DNA of 64,000 nucleotides from assembly GCA_964387845.1 (NCBI GenBank), contig CAYLXA010000001.1, forward strand, positions 192,001 to 256,000. Direction: 5' to 3'. The stretch is from an uncultured bacterium. Its GTDB lineage: Bacteria > Omnitrophota > Omnitrophia > Omnitrophales > Abzuiibacteriaceae. Below the pieces are notes generated by a model. That model did no database searches. It had not been told where the DNA came from and saw only the letters and a list, made by a program, of their open reading frames with translations. Each line of letters opens with the position of its first letter. Position 1 is the stretch's first letter. Position numbers and translations under genes: made by a program. Below, piece after piece: positions 1 to 10,370 of this stretch.

Positions 1-320
1 ACCGCACCGTCCACAATCGCTTGTTTTAGTTCCGCAATACCGATACCGGAAAGAATGGTGATGGCCATTTTAGGCCCGATCCCCGAGACACTCATGAGAA
101 GCCGGAAAAGTTCGCGCTCTTCTTCGGTTGAAAATCCGTACAAAATTTGCGCGTCTTCACGCACAACAAAATGGATCAACAATTTCACATGCTGGCCGGT
201 GTTCGGCAACTTTTGATGTGTTGAAATCGGAACAATGAGCTCATAACCGACACCATGTGTTTCAATCACCACGTGCGCCGGTGATTTTTCAATTAATGTT
301 CCGGAAATATAGCTATACAT
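1..320 (-). CDS. ruvA: Holliday junction branch-migration protein RuvA; the N-terminal ~106 aa are present and the C-terminus lies beyond the window start
   Basis: My own translation of the reverse strand from the ATG at 320-318 gives MYSYISGTLIEKSPAHVVIETHGVGYELIVPISTH...LLMSVSGIGPKMAITILSG, i.e. the RuvA OB domain plus the GIGPK helix-hairpin-helix. The start overlaps the ruvC stop by 8 nt, the classic yebC-ruvC-ruvA order. Confidence 0.8.
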   Translation of the reverse strand, partial: MYSYISGTLIEKSPAHVVIETHGVGYELIVPISTHQKLPNTGQHVKLLIHFVVREDAQILYGFSTEEERELFRLLMSVSGIGPKMAITILSGIGIAELKQAIVDGA

Positions 321-828
321 AATTTGCTTTACCGAGCGCTATTTTTTTCTGAATGTTCCAACTGCTGGTATGAAGATGACAGTAAGCAATCGCAAGCGCA
401 TCCGCCGCATCGGGCAGCGGCAATTCTTTCATTTTGAGGACCTGCTTGACCATAAATTGAATTTGCTCTTTCGACGCCCTGCCGTTGCCGCAAATTGATT
501 CCTTGATCCGGTTCGGCATATATTCCGAAACGGGAATGTTGTGCTCCATCGCGGCCAGCATCGCGATCGCACGCGCTTCGCCGATTTTCACGGCAGCTTT
601 GAAATCCTTGCTAAAAAAGACGCTTTCAATCGCAACGGTTTCGGGCCGGTAAATGGAGAAAACTTCCTTTAAACCGCCGTAAATCATCCGCAAACGCTCG
701 GCCAACGGCTTTTTTTCGCCGGCTTCGATTGTTTCATGATGAATGGCCGTGATCATGCCGGATGCGGATTTTTCGACAATGCCAACGCCTGTTCGGATGG
801 TTCCCGGGTCGACTCCTGCGACGCGCAT
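313..828 (-). CDS. ruvC: Crossover junction endodeoxyribonuclease RuvC
   Basis: 171 aa; MRVAGVDPGTIRTGVGIVE N-terminus, the RNase H-like RuvC pattern; located between yebC and ruvA. Confidence 0.9.
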   Translation of the reverse strand: MRVAGVDPGTIRTGVGIVEKSASGMITAIHHETIEAGEKKPLAERLRMIYGGLKEVFSIYRPETVAIESVFFSKDFKAAVKIGEARAIAMLAAMEHNIPVSEYMPNRIKESICGNGRASKEQIQFMVKQVLKMKELPLPDAADALAIAYCHLHTSSWNIQKKIALGKANYV

Positions 829-1025
829 GCAAACCTTCTTTCGTTGACTAATCGTTTAATTCCGGAAGCACTAATTTGGCAATTGTCTGCTTCAACTTTT
901 CTACAATGAGAGCGACAAAAGATGTTCCGGAATTTTCCTGCCACAATTCCTGCTGAACCGAACGATTTTCGCTTTTTGCCATCTTTTGTTTTTTCTCTAA
1001 ATTACGGCTTTAAAAGAAGCTTTGA

Positions 1026-1772
1026 TTAGCCGAGTTCTTTCATGACTTCGGGCGGAATATCGCAATTGGTGTAAACGTTCTGCACATCATCATGATCTTC
1101 CAAAGCATCGACCAAATCCAGAACGGCACGCGCTTGGGCTGCATCAGCGGGCGCCATGTTCTTGGGAATCATCTGCAAAGCGGCAGATTCGTATTTAATC
1201 CCGGCATCGTCCAGCGCTTTTTTGACTTTTTCAAAATCTTGCGTCGACGTGGTAACTTCGAATTTATCATCCGACTTAACAAGATCATCCGCACCGGCGT
1301 TGACCGTTACATCCATCAACTGATCTTCGGACGCTGCACCAGCATCAAGAACAATCAAGCCTTTCTTTTCAAAAAGCCACGCCACGGATCCGGCACCGGC
1401 CATGTTGCCGTTTTTCTTGGTGAAAATACTACGGATTTCGGACGCCGTCCGGTTTTTATTGTCCGTCAGGCAATTCACCAAAATGGCGACTCCGGCTGCG
1501 CCGTAACCTTCGTAAGCCACTTCTTCGTAACTGACGCCTTCCAGTTCGCCGGTTCCCTTTTTAATGGCACGTTCGACATTGTCAGACGGCATGTTGGCCG
1601 CTTTGGCCGTTAAAATGGCCGTGCGCAGGCGCGGGTTCGTGTTGGGATCGCCGCCGCCCATTTTTGCCGCAACCGTGATTTCTCGGATAATCTTCGTAAA
1701 AATTTTACCGCGCTTGCTGTCGACCAGCGCTTTTTTATGTTTGATACTGGCCCACTTCGAATGACCGCTCAT
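1026..1772 (-). CDS. yebC: YebC/PmpR-family DNA-binding transcriptional regulator
   Basis: 248 aa; MSGHSKWASIKHKK signature N-terminus, full-length family match; conserved position upstream of ruvC. Confidence 0.9.
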   Translation of the reverse strand: MSGHSKWASIKHKKALVDSKRGKIFTKIIREITVAAKMGGGDPNTNPRLRTAILTAKAANMPSDNVERAIKKGTGELEGVSYEEVAYEGYGAAGVAILVNCLTDNKNRTASEIRSIFTKKNGNMAGAGSVAWLFEKKGLIVLDAGAASEDQLMDVTVNAGADDLVKSDDKFEVTTSTQDFEKVKKALDDAGIKYESAALQMIPKNMAPADAAQARAVLDLVDALEDHDDVQNVYTNCDIPPEVMKELG

Positions 1773-2608
1773 AACTTACCGACCTCCGTTGCGACTAAAA
1801 TAGCGTCTTTGGTTGAGGCAACATCGTGAACGCGGACAATATCAGCGCCGCGCTCCACAAGAAGCGCCGCCATCGCAGATGACGAAATATCGCGCGCTTC
1901 CGGATCTTTGCCTGTTAATTGGCCCAAAAATGATTTTCGGGATGCGCCGACCAGAATCGGGCGCGATAAATTTTTAAATTGAGAAAGCTCGCGGATAATT
2001 TCAAGATTTTGTTCGGCAGTTTTTGCAAATCCGAGCCCCGGGTCAATGGCGATTTGCTCTTCCGAAATACCGGCCGCTGAAGCAATCCGGATGCTTTGCG
2101 AAAGTTCATTCAAAATATCCTGAATTAAATTTTGGTAGTTTGTCAGTGTCTGCATTGTTTGCGGATTGCCGCGGCGGTGCATCACCACAAGCCCTGCGCC
2201 GTAGCGATTTACGCTTTCGGCCAATTTTGGGTCCTGACGAAGGCCGCTCACATCATTAATGATGTGCGCGCCCATTTTGAGCGCTTCTTCGGCGATTTCT
2301 GATTTGGTTGTATCGATCGAAACGGAAATGGCGATTTGCTTCAAAATTTCGCGCAAAACGGGAAAAAGCCGGCGCGCTTCTTCGTCTGCGGAAATCATGG
2401 GTGCATTGGGGCGTGTCGACTCTGCGCCAACGTCAAGAATGTGGGCGCCTTCGGCTTCCATGCGTTTCGCTTGCTCGAGAGCTTTTTCGATATTGAAATA
2501 CCGGCCGCCGTCTGAGAATGAATCGGGAGTGAGGTTGAGAATCCCCATGATCAGGGGTTTCTCGAAAGTCAGCTTGCCTTGTCTAATTTTCCATGTCGGA
2601 CAAGTCAC
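1769..2608 (-). CDS. folP: Dihydropteroate synthase
   Basis: GILNLTPDSFSDGGRY pterin-binding motif; 279 aa; 4-nt overlap with yebC. Confidence 0.9.
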   Translation of the reverse strand: MTCPTWKIRQGKLTFEKPLIMGILNLTPDSFSDGGRYFNIEKALEQAKRMEAEGAHILDVGAESTRPNAPMISADEEARRLFPVLREILKQIAISVSIDTTKSEIAEEALKMGAHIINDVSGLRQDPKLAESVNRYGAGLVVMHRRGNPQTMQTLTNYQNLIQDILNELSQSIRIASAAGISEEQIAIDPGLGFAKTAEQNLEIIRELSQFKNLSRPILVGASRKSFLGQLTGKDPEARDISSSAMAALLVERGADIVRVHDVASTKDAILVATEVGKL

Positions 2609-2616
2609 GGCTCGAT

Positions 2617-4575
2617 TTATGGGGTTGGATTGGCTGTTCCGTTAAAACCAATGATTTCTTTAACTTCAACGCTGTCCAAAACTTCTTTTTCGAGCAAGCG
2701 CTCGGAAAGCTTTTTCAAATTATGGATATTGTCGCCCAAAAGTTTTTTGGTCCGGACGTAGGCATCGTCCACAATCCGGCGGACTTCTTCGTCGATTGCA
2801 ACCGCTGTGCTTTCGGAATAGTCTTTATCACGCAGCATGTCGCGGCCCAAGAAAACTTCACGGTCTTTTTTACCGAAAGTCAAATTGCCGAGCCGTTTGC
2901 TCATTCCAAATTCACAAACCATCCGCTGAGCATAGCTGGTCGCGACTTCAAGATCGTTGGAAGCGCCGGTCGTAATTTCTTTAAAAACCAATTCTTCCGC
3001 CACGCGGCCGCCGAGACAAACCGCGATTTTGTCCGTGATTTGTTTCTCGGTCATCAAATAACGGTCTTCATTCGGTAAATGGAGCGTGTAACCAAGCGCT
3101 GCTTGTCCGCGCGGAATGATGGAAACTTTGTGTAATTGATCGGTATCGCCCGTCACGTAAAGCGTCATGAGGGCATGCCCGGATTCGTGGACCGCGACGA
3201 TTTCCTTTTCTTTCTTTGAAATCACGCGCGACTTCCGCTCGGGGCCCGCCATCACGCGCTCGATCGATTCCTCAAGCTCGCGCTGCTCAACCGCTTCTTT
3301 GCTGCGCCGTGCGGCTAACAGTGCGGCTTCATTCACAAGATTGGCCAAATCTGCGCCGGAAAATCCGGGTGTCTGTTTGGCGATTTTCTCCAAGTCAACA
3401 CCGGACGCTAATTTCACGCTCTTCACATGAACCTGCATGATCGCTTCACGGCCTTTGATGTCAGGGCGGTCAATAATGATTTGACGGTCAAAACGGCCCG
3501 GACGCAAAAGCGCAGGATCTAAGACATCGGGCCGATTGGTGGCGCCGATCATGATGACGCCAGCCTGTGTATCAAATCCATCCATCTCAACCAGGAGTGC
3601 ATTCAAGGTCTGCTCACGTTCATCATGTCCGCCGCCGATTCCGGCAAAACGCTGACGGCCCACCGCATCAATTTCATCGACAAAAATAATGGCGCCGCGT
3701 CCGCTGGTTTTCGCCGCGCGTTTTCCTTGTTCAAACAAATCACGCACGCGTGCCGCACCAACGCCGACAAACATTTCGACGAAATCCGAACCGCTAATCG
3801 AATAAAACGGAACATTCGCCTCGCCAGCAACCGCCTTAGCCAGCAATGTTTTTCCGGTTCCCGGAGGACCCATCAAAAGAACACCTTTCGGGATCCGTCC
3901 GCCCAGCTTTTGAAATTTCTTAGGATCTTTCAGAAATTCGATAATTTCCTGGAGCTCTTCTTTGGCTTCATCCACACCCGCCACATTTTTAAACGTAATT
4001 TGGCCTTGCTGTTCTTGGCCCATTAATTTTGCGCGGGATTTTCCAAACGAAAAAATTTTTCCGCCGCCCTGCTGGACACCGCGGTAAACGAAAAACCAAA
4101 AGAAGCCGATCAGCAACACAACCGGCAAAACAGAATAAATTAAATTTTTCCAGAAAGTCTGCGGCTGTACGACGCGGAAATCCTGAATGTTTTGCCGCAT
4201 CAAGGGAATGATTTCAACGTCATTCAGAGGAATCGTGACTTGGAAATATTTGCCGTCTCGGAGTTTGCCGCGAATCACATTATCTGCCATTTCAGCCGAA
4301 ATAATTTCGCCGCTATCCGTATTTTTTTCTACCCGGGAATAGAATTCGCTATAAGAAATCTGCTGGATTTCCATGCGCGGAAGCAGGAGCTGCAGCAAAA
4401 TAAAGAAAATAAGCGGAACTAAAAAGAAAACAGCCATTCGTTTTCTTTCCGGATCGGGCGGTTTTCCGGGCACCCCCGGACGTTTCTTATTAGAAGCCAG
4501 TCCTTCGGGATTCCCGCCGGGTTGGTAAAAATTAGGTGATTCTTTTTGGTCTGCCATAGTTGGAAATCTTATCAC
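2617..4575 (-). CDS. ftsH: ATP-dependent zinc metalloprotease FtsH
   Basis: N-terminal TM segments, AAA Walker [19 protein letters not shown], Zn-binding HESGHAL; 652 aa. Confidence 0.95.
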   Translation of the reverse strand: MIRFPTMADQKESPNFYQPGGNPEGLASNKKRPGVPGKPPDPERKRMAVFFLVPLIFFILLQLLLPRMEIQQISYSEFYSRVEKNTDSGEIISAEMADNVIRGKLRDGKYFQVTIPLNDVEIIPLMRQNIQDFRVVQPQTFWKNLIYSVLPVVLLIGFFWFFVYRGVQQGGGKIFSFGKSRAKLMGQEQQGQITFKNVAGVDEAKEELQEIIEFLKDPKKFQKLGGRIPKGVLLMGPPGTGKTLLAKAVAGEANVPFYSISGSDFVEMFVGVGAARVRDLFEQGKRAAKTSGRGAIIFVDEIDAVGRQRFAGIGGGHDEREQTLNALLVEMDGFDTQAGVIMIGATNRPDVLDPALLRPGRFDRQIIIDRPDIKGREAIMQVHVKSVKLASGVDLEKIAKQTPGFSGADLANLVNEAALLAARRSKEAVEQRELEESIERVMAGPERKSRVISKKEKEIVAVHESGHALMTLYVTGDTDQLHKVSIIPRGQAALGYTLHLPNEDRYLMTEKQITDKIAVCLGGRVAEELVFKEITTGASNDLEVATSYAQRMVCEFGMSKRLGNLTFGKKDREVFLGRDMLRDKDYSESTAVAIDEEVRRIVDDAYVRTKKLLGDNIHNLKKLSERLLEKEVLDSVEVKEIIGFNGTANPTP

Positions 4576-4626
4576 GGATAAACTGTTCCCTCAAGTGAAA
4601 TCGGAAGTATTTGAAAAATAAAGGAC

Positions 4627-6048
4627 TTACGATGATTTTAAGCTTGGATTGACACTTAATTTTAGAAAAGAGGTGGTCTGGGGAGTCACCTTGACGGATT
4701 CCGACATCGCAATACCGGGGATCCAATCCATCCGGTTTTTGGAAAAAACGAGCGGCAGCCGGTCGCGTAAACCATGTGGAATTTTGCGGCGAATCAAAAA
4801 ATCCTTCAATTTACTCGGCTGTGACTGGCCCAAAGGCTGAAATAAATCGCCCGGGCGCCGGCTCCGGATTTGAAGCGGAAATTGAACGCTGCCCGCATCC
4901 ATAATCACAAAATCTTCCCGGCGCTTCTTCAAATGCTTTGGGCGCTTCGAAAGCTTTGTAGCTTCAATGGTCATGCCTGACTCGGCAATATTGATTCTGC
5001 CGCCAAGTTTTAATGAATACCGGAATCCGTCTTCCCCGCTTTTCTTTTTTAATGTTAACGGTCGATTTGAATATCGGAGCAAAATTCTATTTTCAGATAC
5101 TGAACAAAGAAGATTCCCGGGAAACGACGTGGCGAACATTGATTTTTCCGAAAACAGAGCTTTAAAAGCAAACCAGTGTTTGGATTCAAATTCCAATTCG
5201 CCCAAATGCCGCACTGCAAGCTGCAAAAGCCGGAATTGAATTGCTTCCGGCAGCTTTGCAAATTTTAATTTTGCAAACGAAACATCATTACGGCTTAATT
5301 TGCCCAACTTTTTAAATTGCCGTTCGGATTCGGAATTCAGAAAATCAATATCGGCCGCAAGTGTTTGCGGCAGGCGCGCCAGCACTTTCTTGATTCCGGG
5401 ACTGAATTTTTTTTCAAGGAAAGGAATGAGCTCCAGCCGGATCCGGTTCCTGACAAACTGAACCGATTCGTTGCTTTTGTCTTTGCGGAACGTAAACCGG
5501 TGTTTTTTTAAGAATTTCAGAATCGCGGCTTTTTCGATATCGATAAACGGACGCGCAAATTTGATTTTGTTCCGGAAAAATACAGGCCGAGAGCCGCCGA
5601 GCCCTTGGATGCCTGACCCCGAAAGAAAACGCATGAGGACCGTTTCGGCTTGATCGTCCATCGTATGCGCCAGCAACACAGCATCAAACTTTTTCTCTTT
5701 TGCGAGCTTCACCAAATACGCATAGCGCAAATCGCGCGCGGCTTCCTCGATCGATAACCTTTTTAATTTTGCTTCGCGGCGGACGTCGACTTTTGCGGCA
5801 TAAAAAGGAATTTGGAGAGATGTGGCCAGATTTTTAACAAACTTTTCATCGCGCCCGGAATCCCGGCCGCGCAATTGGTGATTCACATGCGCAACGCTTA
5901 ATTTGATTTTGTGTGATTGCGCATAATCGGCAAAAAAATGAAGCAGCACGGTCGAGTCCGGCCCGCCGGAACACGCAACGCAGACGGAACGGGCGTTTTT
6001 CAGCATTTGGCAACGCCGGATGGTTTTTAAAACATCGTTTTCAAACAT
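4627..6048 (-). CDS. tilS: tRNA(Ile)-lysidine synthetase
   Basis: PP-loop SGGPDSTVLLH; 473 aa; conserved tilS-ftsH neighbourhood. Confidence 0.85.
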   Translation of the reverse strand: MFENDVLKTIRRCQMLKNARSVCVACSGGPDSTVLLHFFADYAQSHKIKLSVAHVNHQLRGRDSGRDEKFVKNLATSLQIPFYAAKVDVRREAKLKRLSIEEAARDLRYAYLVKLAKEKKFDAVLLAHTMDDQAETVLMRFLSGSGIQGLGGSRPVFFRNKIKFARPFIDIEKAAILKFLKKHRFTFRKDKSNESVQFVRNRIRLELIPFLEKKFSPGIKKVLARLPQTLAADIDFLNSESERQFKKLGKLSRNDVSFAKLKFAKLPEAIQFRLLQLAVRHLGELEFESKHWFAFKALFSEKSMFATSFPGNLLCSVSENRILLRYSNRPLTLKKKSGEDGFRYSLKLGGRINIAESGMTIEATKLSKRPKHLKKRREDFVIMDAGSVQFPLQIRSRRPGDLFQPLGQSQPSKLKDFLIRRKIPHGLRDRLPLVFSKNRMDWIPGIAMSESVKVTPQTTSFLKLSVNPSLKSS

Positions 6049-6056
6049 GGCAAGGT

Positions 6057-6761
6057 TTACGCCGGAACAGGCGCCAAAGCTCTGGCAAGGTCTGCGGCCG
6101 GAAACTGGCCGGGCGCCGAACTTTTTCCGATAAATCCATAACTTAAGAGCGATCCCAAAAACGGAAACACGAGGCGTGAAGCGCTGCCGATTTTACCCAT
6201 GGAAATCACGATCAGATTTTTTCCGCGGTTTTCCGCAAGAAAATCCATCATCCGTGTAAAATCTTCACGCGTCTCGGCGGCGGCTGCGATTTTGATAATA
6301 TCCGCGCCCGCTGATTTTGATTTTTTCAAAACGGAACGCAAATTTTGGTTAGACGGTGTTTTTTTAAAATCATGAAAAGACACGACAACTGCTTTGCGGT
6401 TTCTTTTCGCAAGCCGGGCCACAGACCGGCAGATCGGGCTGCCAAGCTCCACGTCGACGGCGTCAACCGATTTGATAATTTTTTCGAAAAGTTCGAGGCG
6501 GTCTTTTTCGGAACCGGAAAAGTGGCCGCCTTCTTTCTTAATGCGGATCGTTCCGATCACCGAAAATCCGGATTTTTTTAAAGCTTTCAACGCCTTCAGG
6601 ATTGATTCCGCGCGCGACGGGTTGAAGCGATCAATTCTCAATTCAACCAGCTGAATTCCGGACTTTTTGAGTATTTTGAAAGCAGACGCATTCGGCGCTT
6701 GCTGCAAAACCGCGCAGATAGTGGGTTTAACGCCTAATGTGACTTTTCCGATTTGGGGCAT
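6057..6761 (-). CDS. aroD: 3-dehydroquinate dehydratase, type I
   Basis: VELRIDRF, SFHDFKKTP (cf. E. coli SNHDFHKTP) and SAPGQ motifs; 234 aa. Confidence 0.8.
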   Translation of the reverse strand: MPQIGKVTLGVKPTICAVLQQAPNASAFKILKKSGIQLVELRIDRFNPSRAESILKALKALKKSGFSVIGTIRIKKEGGHFSGSEKDRLELFEKIIKSVDAVDVELGSPICRSVARLAKRNRKAVVVSFHDFKKTPSNQNLRSVLKKSKSAGADIIKIAAAAETREDFTRMMDFLAENRGKNLIVISMGKIGSASRLVFPFLGSLLSYGFIGKSSAPGQFPAADLARALAPVPA

Positions 6762-6797
6762 GATGATTGTCCGATCTGAAAATTGAAAATCGAAACT

Positions 6798-6870
6798 TGG
6801 CGGGGGGCGGGATCGAACCGCCGACGCGAGGCTTATGAGTCCTCTGCTCTACCAACTGAGCTACCCCGCC
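6798..6870 (-). tRNA. tRNA with CAU anticodon; elongator tRNA-Met or lysidine-modified tRNA-Ile2
   Basis: Reverse strand folds as GGCGGGG-TA-GCTC-AGTTGGTA-GAGC-A-GAGGA-CTCATAA-GCCTC-GCGTC-GGCGG-TTCGATC-CCGCC-CCCCGCC-A. It has a 7-bp acceptor stem, a G1-C72 pair (so not an initiator), and anticodon CAT; CCA is not encoded. Confidence 0.8.
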
Positions 6871-6987
6871 GGAAAAAGAGCATGCCATTATATGAAACAC
6901 TTTGACTTAATTCAATGATATTGAAAGTCTCCCGGAACCGAATGCCCGCTCTACAAATGGGGCTCAGAACATGTTAAAATTCAGCTT

Positions 6988-7761
6988 GTGATCATTCACT
7001 CACCCCTTAAAAATATCGGGATTTTAACCCTGACCGCCGCGCTTTCACTTCCGCCGGCCATACTTTACGCAGCACCGTCGTTGATCAAAACCATCCTGCG
7101 CGCCAATCAATCGACGGTTGCCATTTTGGCGGAATCCGGCGGAATGACGCCGATTGCCGCAAAGCCATTTGTGGTCCAGGAAACCGGTGAAATTTTGATC
7201 GCCATGGCGTACCGGGGCGTCAAATATAACCGGACGGGTTCCGGCATTATTTTGCACAGCTCGGGCTTTATTGCCGCAAACCATCACGTGGTCGATGAAG
7301 CCGGGCGCATCACGGTCACTTTGCCTAATGGCACTAATTATGAAGCTGAAATTGTACACAAGGCACCCGAAAGTGATATCGCGATTTTAAAAATCAAAGC
7401 GCCCGATGAACTAATTTCCGTAGAACTTGCCGATTCCGACACGATTCAGCTGGAAGACAAAGTTTACTTGATCGGTAATTCGGAATTGATTAAAAACACG
7501 CTCAGCGAAGGAAAAATCACGGGGATAGGCGAAAGCACAAATCCTTCCGAAAACGGCAGAAAACAAAACGCCATCATCGAAGTGAATTTTGAACTGCACA
7601 AAGGCGACAGCGGCTCGCCTATTCTCAATCAATACGGCGAATGTCTGGGTATCGTAACGGCCGGACGAGAAGGGCAAAGCGCGACCTACGTGATTCCTTC
7701 CAACTTAATCAAGGCGCATTTCAAGAATTATTCGAAGCAGAATCCGGTGGAAACAATGTAG
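6988..7761 (+). CDS. Secreted trypsin-like (S1/HtrA-type) serine protease
   Basis: Signal-peptide-like N-terminus; catalytic-Ser motif HKGDSGSPIL and GIVTAG; 257 aa, with no PDZ domain visible. Confidence 0.7.
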   Translation: MIIHSPLKNIGILTLTAALSLPPAILYAAPSLIKTILRANQSTVAILAESGGMTPIAAKPFVVQETGEILIAMAYRGVKYNRTGSGIILHSSGFIAANHHVVDEAGRITVTLPNGTNYEAEIVHKAPESDIAILKIKAPDELISVELADSDTIQLEDKVYLIGNSELIKNTLSEGKITGIGESTNPSENGRKQNAIIEVNFELHKGDSGSPILNQYGECLGIVTAGREGQSATYVIPSNLIKAHFKNYSKQNPVETM

Positions 7762-8107
7762 GAGCGTATTCCGCTTTCGGGATTGGAATTTCCGAAACCG
7801 GTTTTGATTTTTTAAGTAATTCTAAACACACCGATAAATCTGAAATTAATCTTTCGACATTCAAACCCATCATCGCCGGCTGATACGGCTCTAAATATGT
7901 CATCGAAGATTCCAACAAGCCTTTGGCGCCGCTCAAAGTTCCTTTGCGCAATAAATGAAGCGCGGCGGCGGCTTGAATCACGCCTTTGTAGAAATCTTTG
8001 TGAATTCCCCTTGTTTCAAGCCACAGGCCTTCGATTACTTCATGGGACTCAAAAAATTCTTCACGATTAAACAACTCCAGCCCCTTCACAAATCGATCGT
8101 CAACCAT
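7721..8107 (-). CDS. DUF309-family protein
   Basis: FNREEFFESHEVIEGLW...YKGVIQAAAALHLL resembles the DUF309 pattern; 128 aa. Confidence 0.55.
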   Translation of the reverse strand: MVDDRFVKGLELFNREEFFESHEVIEGLWLETRGIHKDFYKGVIQAAAALHLLRKGTLSGAKGLLESSMTYLEPYQPAMMGLNVERLISDLSVCLELLKKSKPVSEIPIPKAEYAPTLFPPDSASNNS

Positions 8108-8110
8108 GAA

Positions 8111-8530
8111 TCACAAATGCTTGGCAAGATATTTTAAAATATCGATTTGTGTCACAATCCCAACCAAAGCTTTATCAGATTGGACAATCGGAATAGCGCC
8201 GTATTTAAATTCAGCCATCATTTTGACTGCTTTGGAAATAGGATCGTCCGCATGCAAGGCGGCAGGATCCGGCGTCATATAATGCTTCAAGATAAATTCG
8301 TCCAGTTCATCAGGATCATAATAAGGCCCGTCATCCGTTTCCCGCGGCCGGGCGGCCCGAAGCAAGTCGCGCTGCGTAATGATGCCGATCAATTTGTTGC
8401 CCGAATCAACCACCGGCAAATGGCGGATCTTGTTCAGGCGGAGTTTTTCTTCCACATGGCTGAAAGGCTCGTCTTCTTTAATTGAAATGACTTTGGTTAT
8501 CATGATTTCTTTCACCGGAATATCGAGCAT
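8111..8530 (-). CDS. CBS-domain pair protein
   Basis: Two CBS-like segments (ITKVISIKEDEP...HLPVVD and GAIPIVQSDKALVGIVTQIDILK); 139 aa. Confidence 0.7.
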   Translation of the reverse strand: MLDIPVKEIMITKVISIKEDEPFSHVEEKLRLNKIRHLPVVDSGNKLIGIITQRDLLRAARPRETDDGPYYDPDELDEFILKHYMTPDPAALHADDPISKAVKMMAEFKYGAIPIVQSDKALVGIVTQIDILKYLAKHL

Positions 8531-8543
8531 GTGATTTCCTTTC

Positions 8544-10370
8544 CTAATTTACTTCCTGCAGCGACATGACAGGCGCATACAGCCCTTTTTGCTCCCGCGT
8601 CCACCAAGCGCCCGTCGCTTTTCGTGTTTTAAAATCCGTAAAATGGTATTCATACAAAACAGCGCGCAAATATTGAGGCGCTTTCTCCGGAAACGGATTT
8701 TTCTTCATCAATCCGAGCACTTCCTTCGAATTTTCCAGGATCTTTTTCGAAAAGGCAATCAACCAGCGGTTGTTTTGAAAACGCCCGAGCGCGGCAAACC
8801 ACATCTGCCAATCCAGGCGCGGCTGGTGCGGAATATTAAATTTCGGACGGCGCGTCACATCGCCGGGCTTATATTGAAATTCATATTCAAGCCACGTTTC
8901 ACCGTCTTCCGATCCCTCAATCATAATTTCCGGGCGTTTCGTGGTCATGACGGCAAACAAACCGTAACCATTGACGACTTGAAAAGACGACACGATTTCG
9001 GACAGAAAACGGATCGGCCGGAGGACGTAAGGGCGGCCGAAAAGCCGGTCAAGCGATTGCCCAACCGAAACCACCAACAACACGACGAGCATCATCACCG
9101 TCATTTTTTTCCGCAATGAAAGCGCCGGTGCACCATTTTGCCGAACGGATTTCTCACTTTCTTTCCGCCAGCCAAGCGTGCCGAGCACTTGGTCATCGAG
9201 CAGCATCAAGCAAAGCGCCATCGTGAGCAGATTGAAAAAGCAATAATTACCGGTTGCGAGAATGACGATCTGAAATGTGATTAATAGACTGTAAGCCCAA
9301 AGTCTTATTTTTTTCGGCGAGAAAATAAAAAACGGCACAATGAGCTCAATCGCAAACATGTACACGGCCGACACTTTTTGAAACCAGAGCGGCAGCTGGT
9401 GTATATACCACGCAACCCAGGTCGGAAGCGGCTGAGTTTCGTAATGATACAGAAGCGCCGTCAAATCGCGCCAAGTGGCATCACCGCTTGCCAGCTTCAC
9501 AAATCCGGAGAAGAACATCAAACGAAACAATAAAAATTTTAAAAGCCAAACGGCGAGCTTCGGCGGCTCGGGGCTTTCGGCTAGATGGTCAAACCGTTTG
9601 AAAGGCGATAAAAAAATGGTGAGAAATCCCGCTTCAAGCAAAAGCGCATCCCATTGGAATGATAAGAACTCGCGCCCGACATTTGCGATGGATAAATAAA
9701 ACAGCCACAACAAAAAGGAAACAGGTCCCGGATAAACGCCGGCGATTAATAGAATGGAACCGATGGTTCCGGCCGCACAAATGAAGTGGAGGGCAAAATC
9801 GTTTGCGCCGAACCAAAACAAAGTCGGCAGCAAAAAGAATTTTTCGAGCCCGATTTTTTCGGAAACCGCATTTAAAAAACTCTGGGCCGGCAAAATACCG
9901 TCTGTTCCCAAAAGCGCCGAGATCTGGGTCCACATCGAAACAAATGCAAGCAAATAAATGAAACCGATGGATTTTACGAAAATCCAGCGGACAATCGACA
10001 TTGGCGGAGCGCAAAGAGTGCAGGATTCGCCGGATTTTGAAAAAAACAGGCGGTTTTGCGCGACCAACTTGTAAACGAATTCTGAGACAGGTTTAAACAG
10101 CGGAACATGCTGATAGGCCCGCAAAAGCCACCGGTAGCGCGGCGACACCGACAAAACCCGGAAAGCGGCTTCTGCGGCGCGGTAGACGGAACCATCCGGG
10201 TCAACCAACTGAATCGCCTGACGGAATTGCGATTCGGGAATCTGCGGAAACTGAGCAGTAACTTCTTGGTAAGGCGCGTAATCAATCGCGGCGCCCGTTA
10301 TTTTCTTGGAGCGGTTAACCCAGCGAGTGCAAAAGGCACAATCGCCGTCGTAAATGAGGAGCGGTTTCAT
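8544..10370 (-). CDS. Fusion protein: N-terminal DCC-family thiol-disulfide oxidoreductase (DUF393) plus lipase-maturation-factor (LMF)-like polytopic membrane domain
   Basis: N-terminus MKPLLIYDGDCAFCTRWV (the DCC CxxC motif) followed by ~10 hydrophobic segments with LMF-like layout; 608 aa. Confidence 0.6.
   Translation of the reverse strand: MKPLLIYDGDCAFCTRWVNRSKKITGAAIDYAPYQEVTAQFPQIPESQFRQAIQLVDPDGSVYRAAEAAFRVLSVSPRYRWLLRAYQHVPLFKPVSEFVYKLVAQNRLFFSKSGESCTLCAPPMSIVRWIFVKSIGFIYLLAFVSMWTQISALLGTDGILPAQSFLNAVSEKIGLEKFFLLPTLFWFGANDFALHFICAAGTIGSILLIAGVYPGPVSFLLWLFYLSIANVGREFLSFQWDALLLEAGFLTIFLSPFKRFDHLAESPEPPKLAVWLLKFLLFRLMFFSGFVKLASGDATWRDLTALLYHYETQPLPTWVAWYIHQLPLWFQKVSAVYMFAIELIVPFFIFSPKKIRLWAYSLLITFQIVILATGNYCFFNLLTMALCLMLLDDQVLGTLGWRKESEKSVRQNGAPALSLRKKMTVMMLVVLLVVSVGQSLDRLFGRPYVLRPIRFLSEIVSSFQVVNGYGLFAVMTTKRPEIMIEGSEDGETWLEYEFQYKPGDVTRRPKFNIPHQPRLDWQMWFAALGRFQNNRWLIAFSKKILENSKEVLGLMKKNPFPEKAPQYLRAVLYEYHFTDFKTRKATGAWWTREQKGLYAPVMSLQEVN

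Noticed and set aside
1092-1764. Plus-strand ORFs inside yebC (173 aa, 66 aa), and similar antisense ORFs inside ftsH, metH, tilS and the HEAT gene
   Set aside because: Antisense shadow ORFs within well-supported genes, with low-complexity translations.
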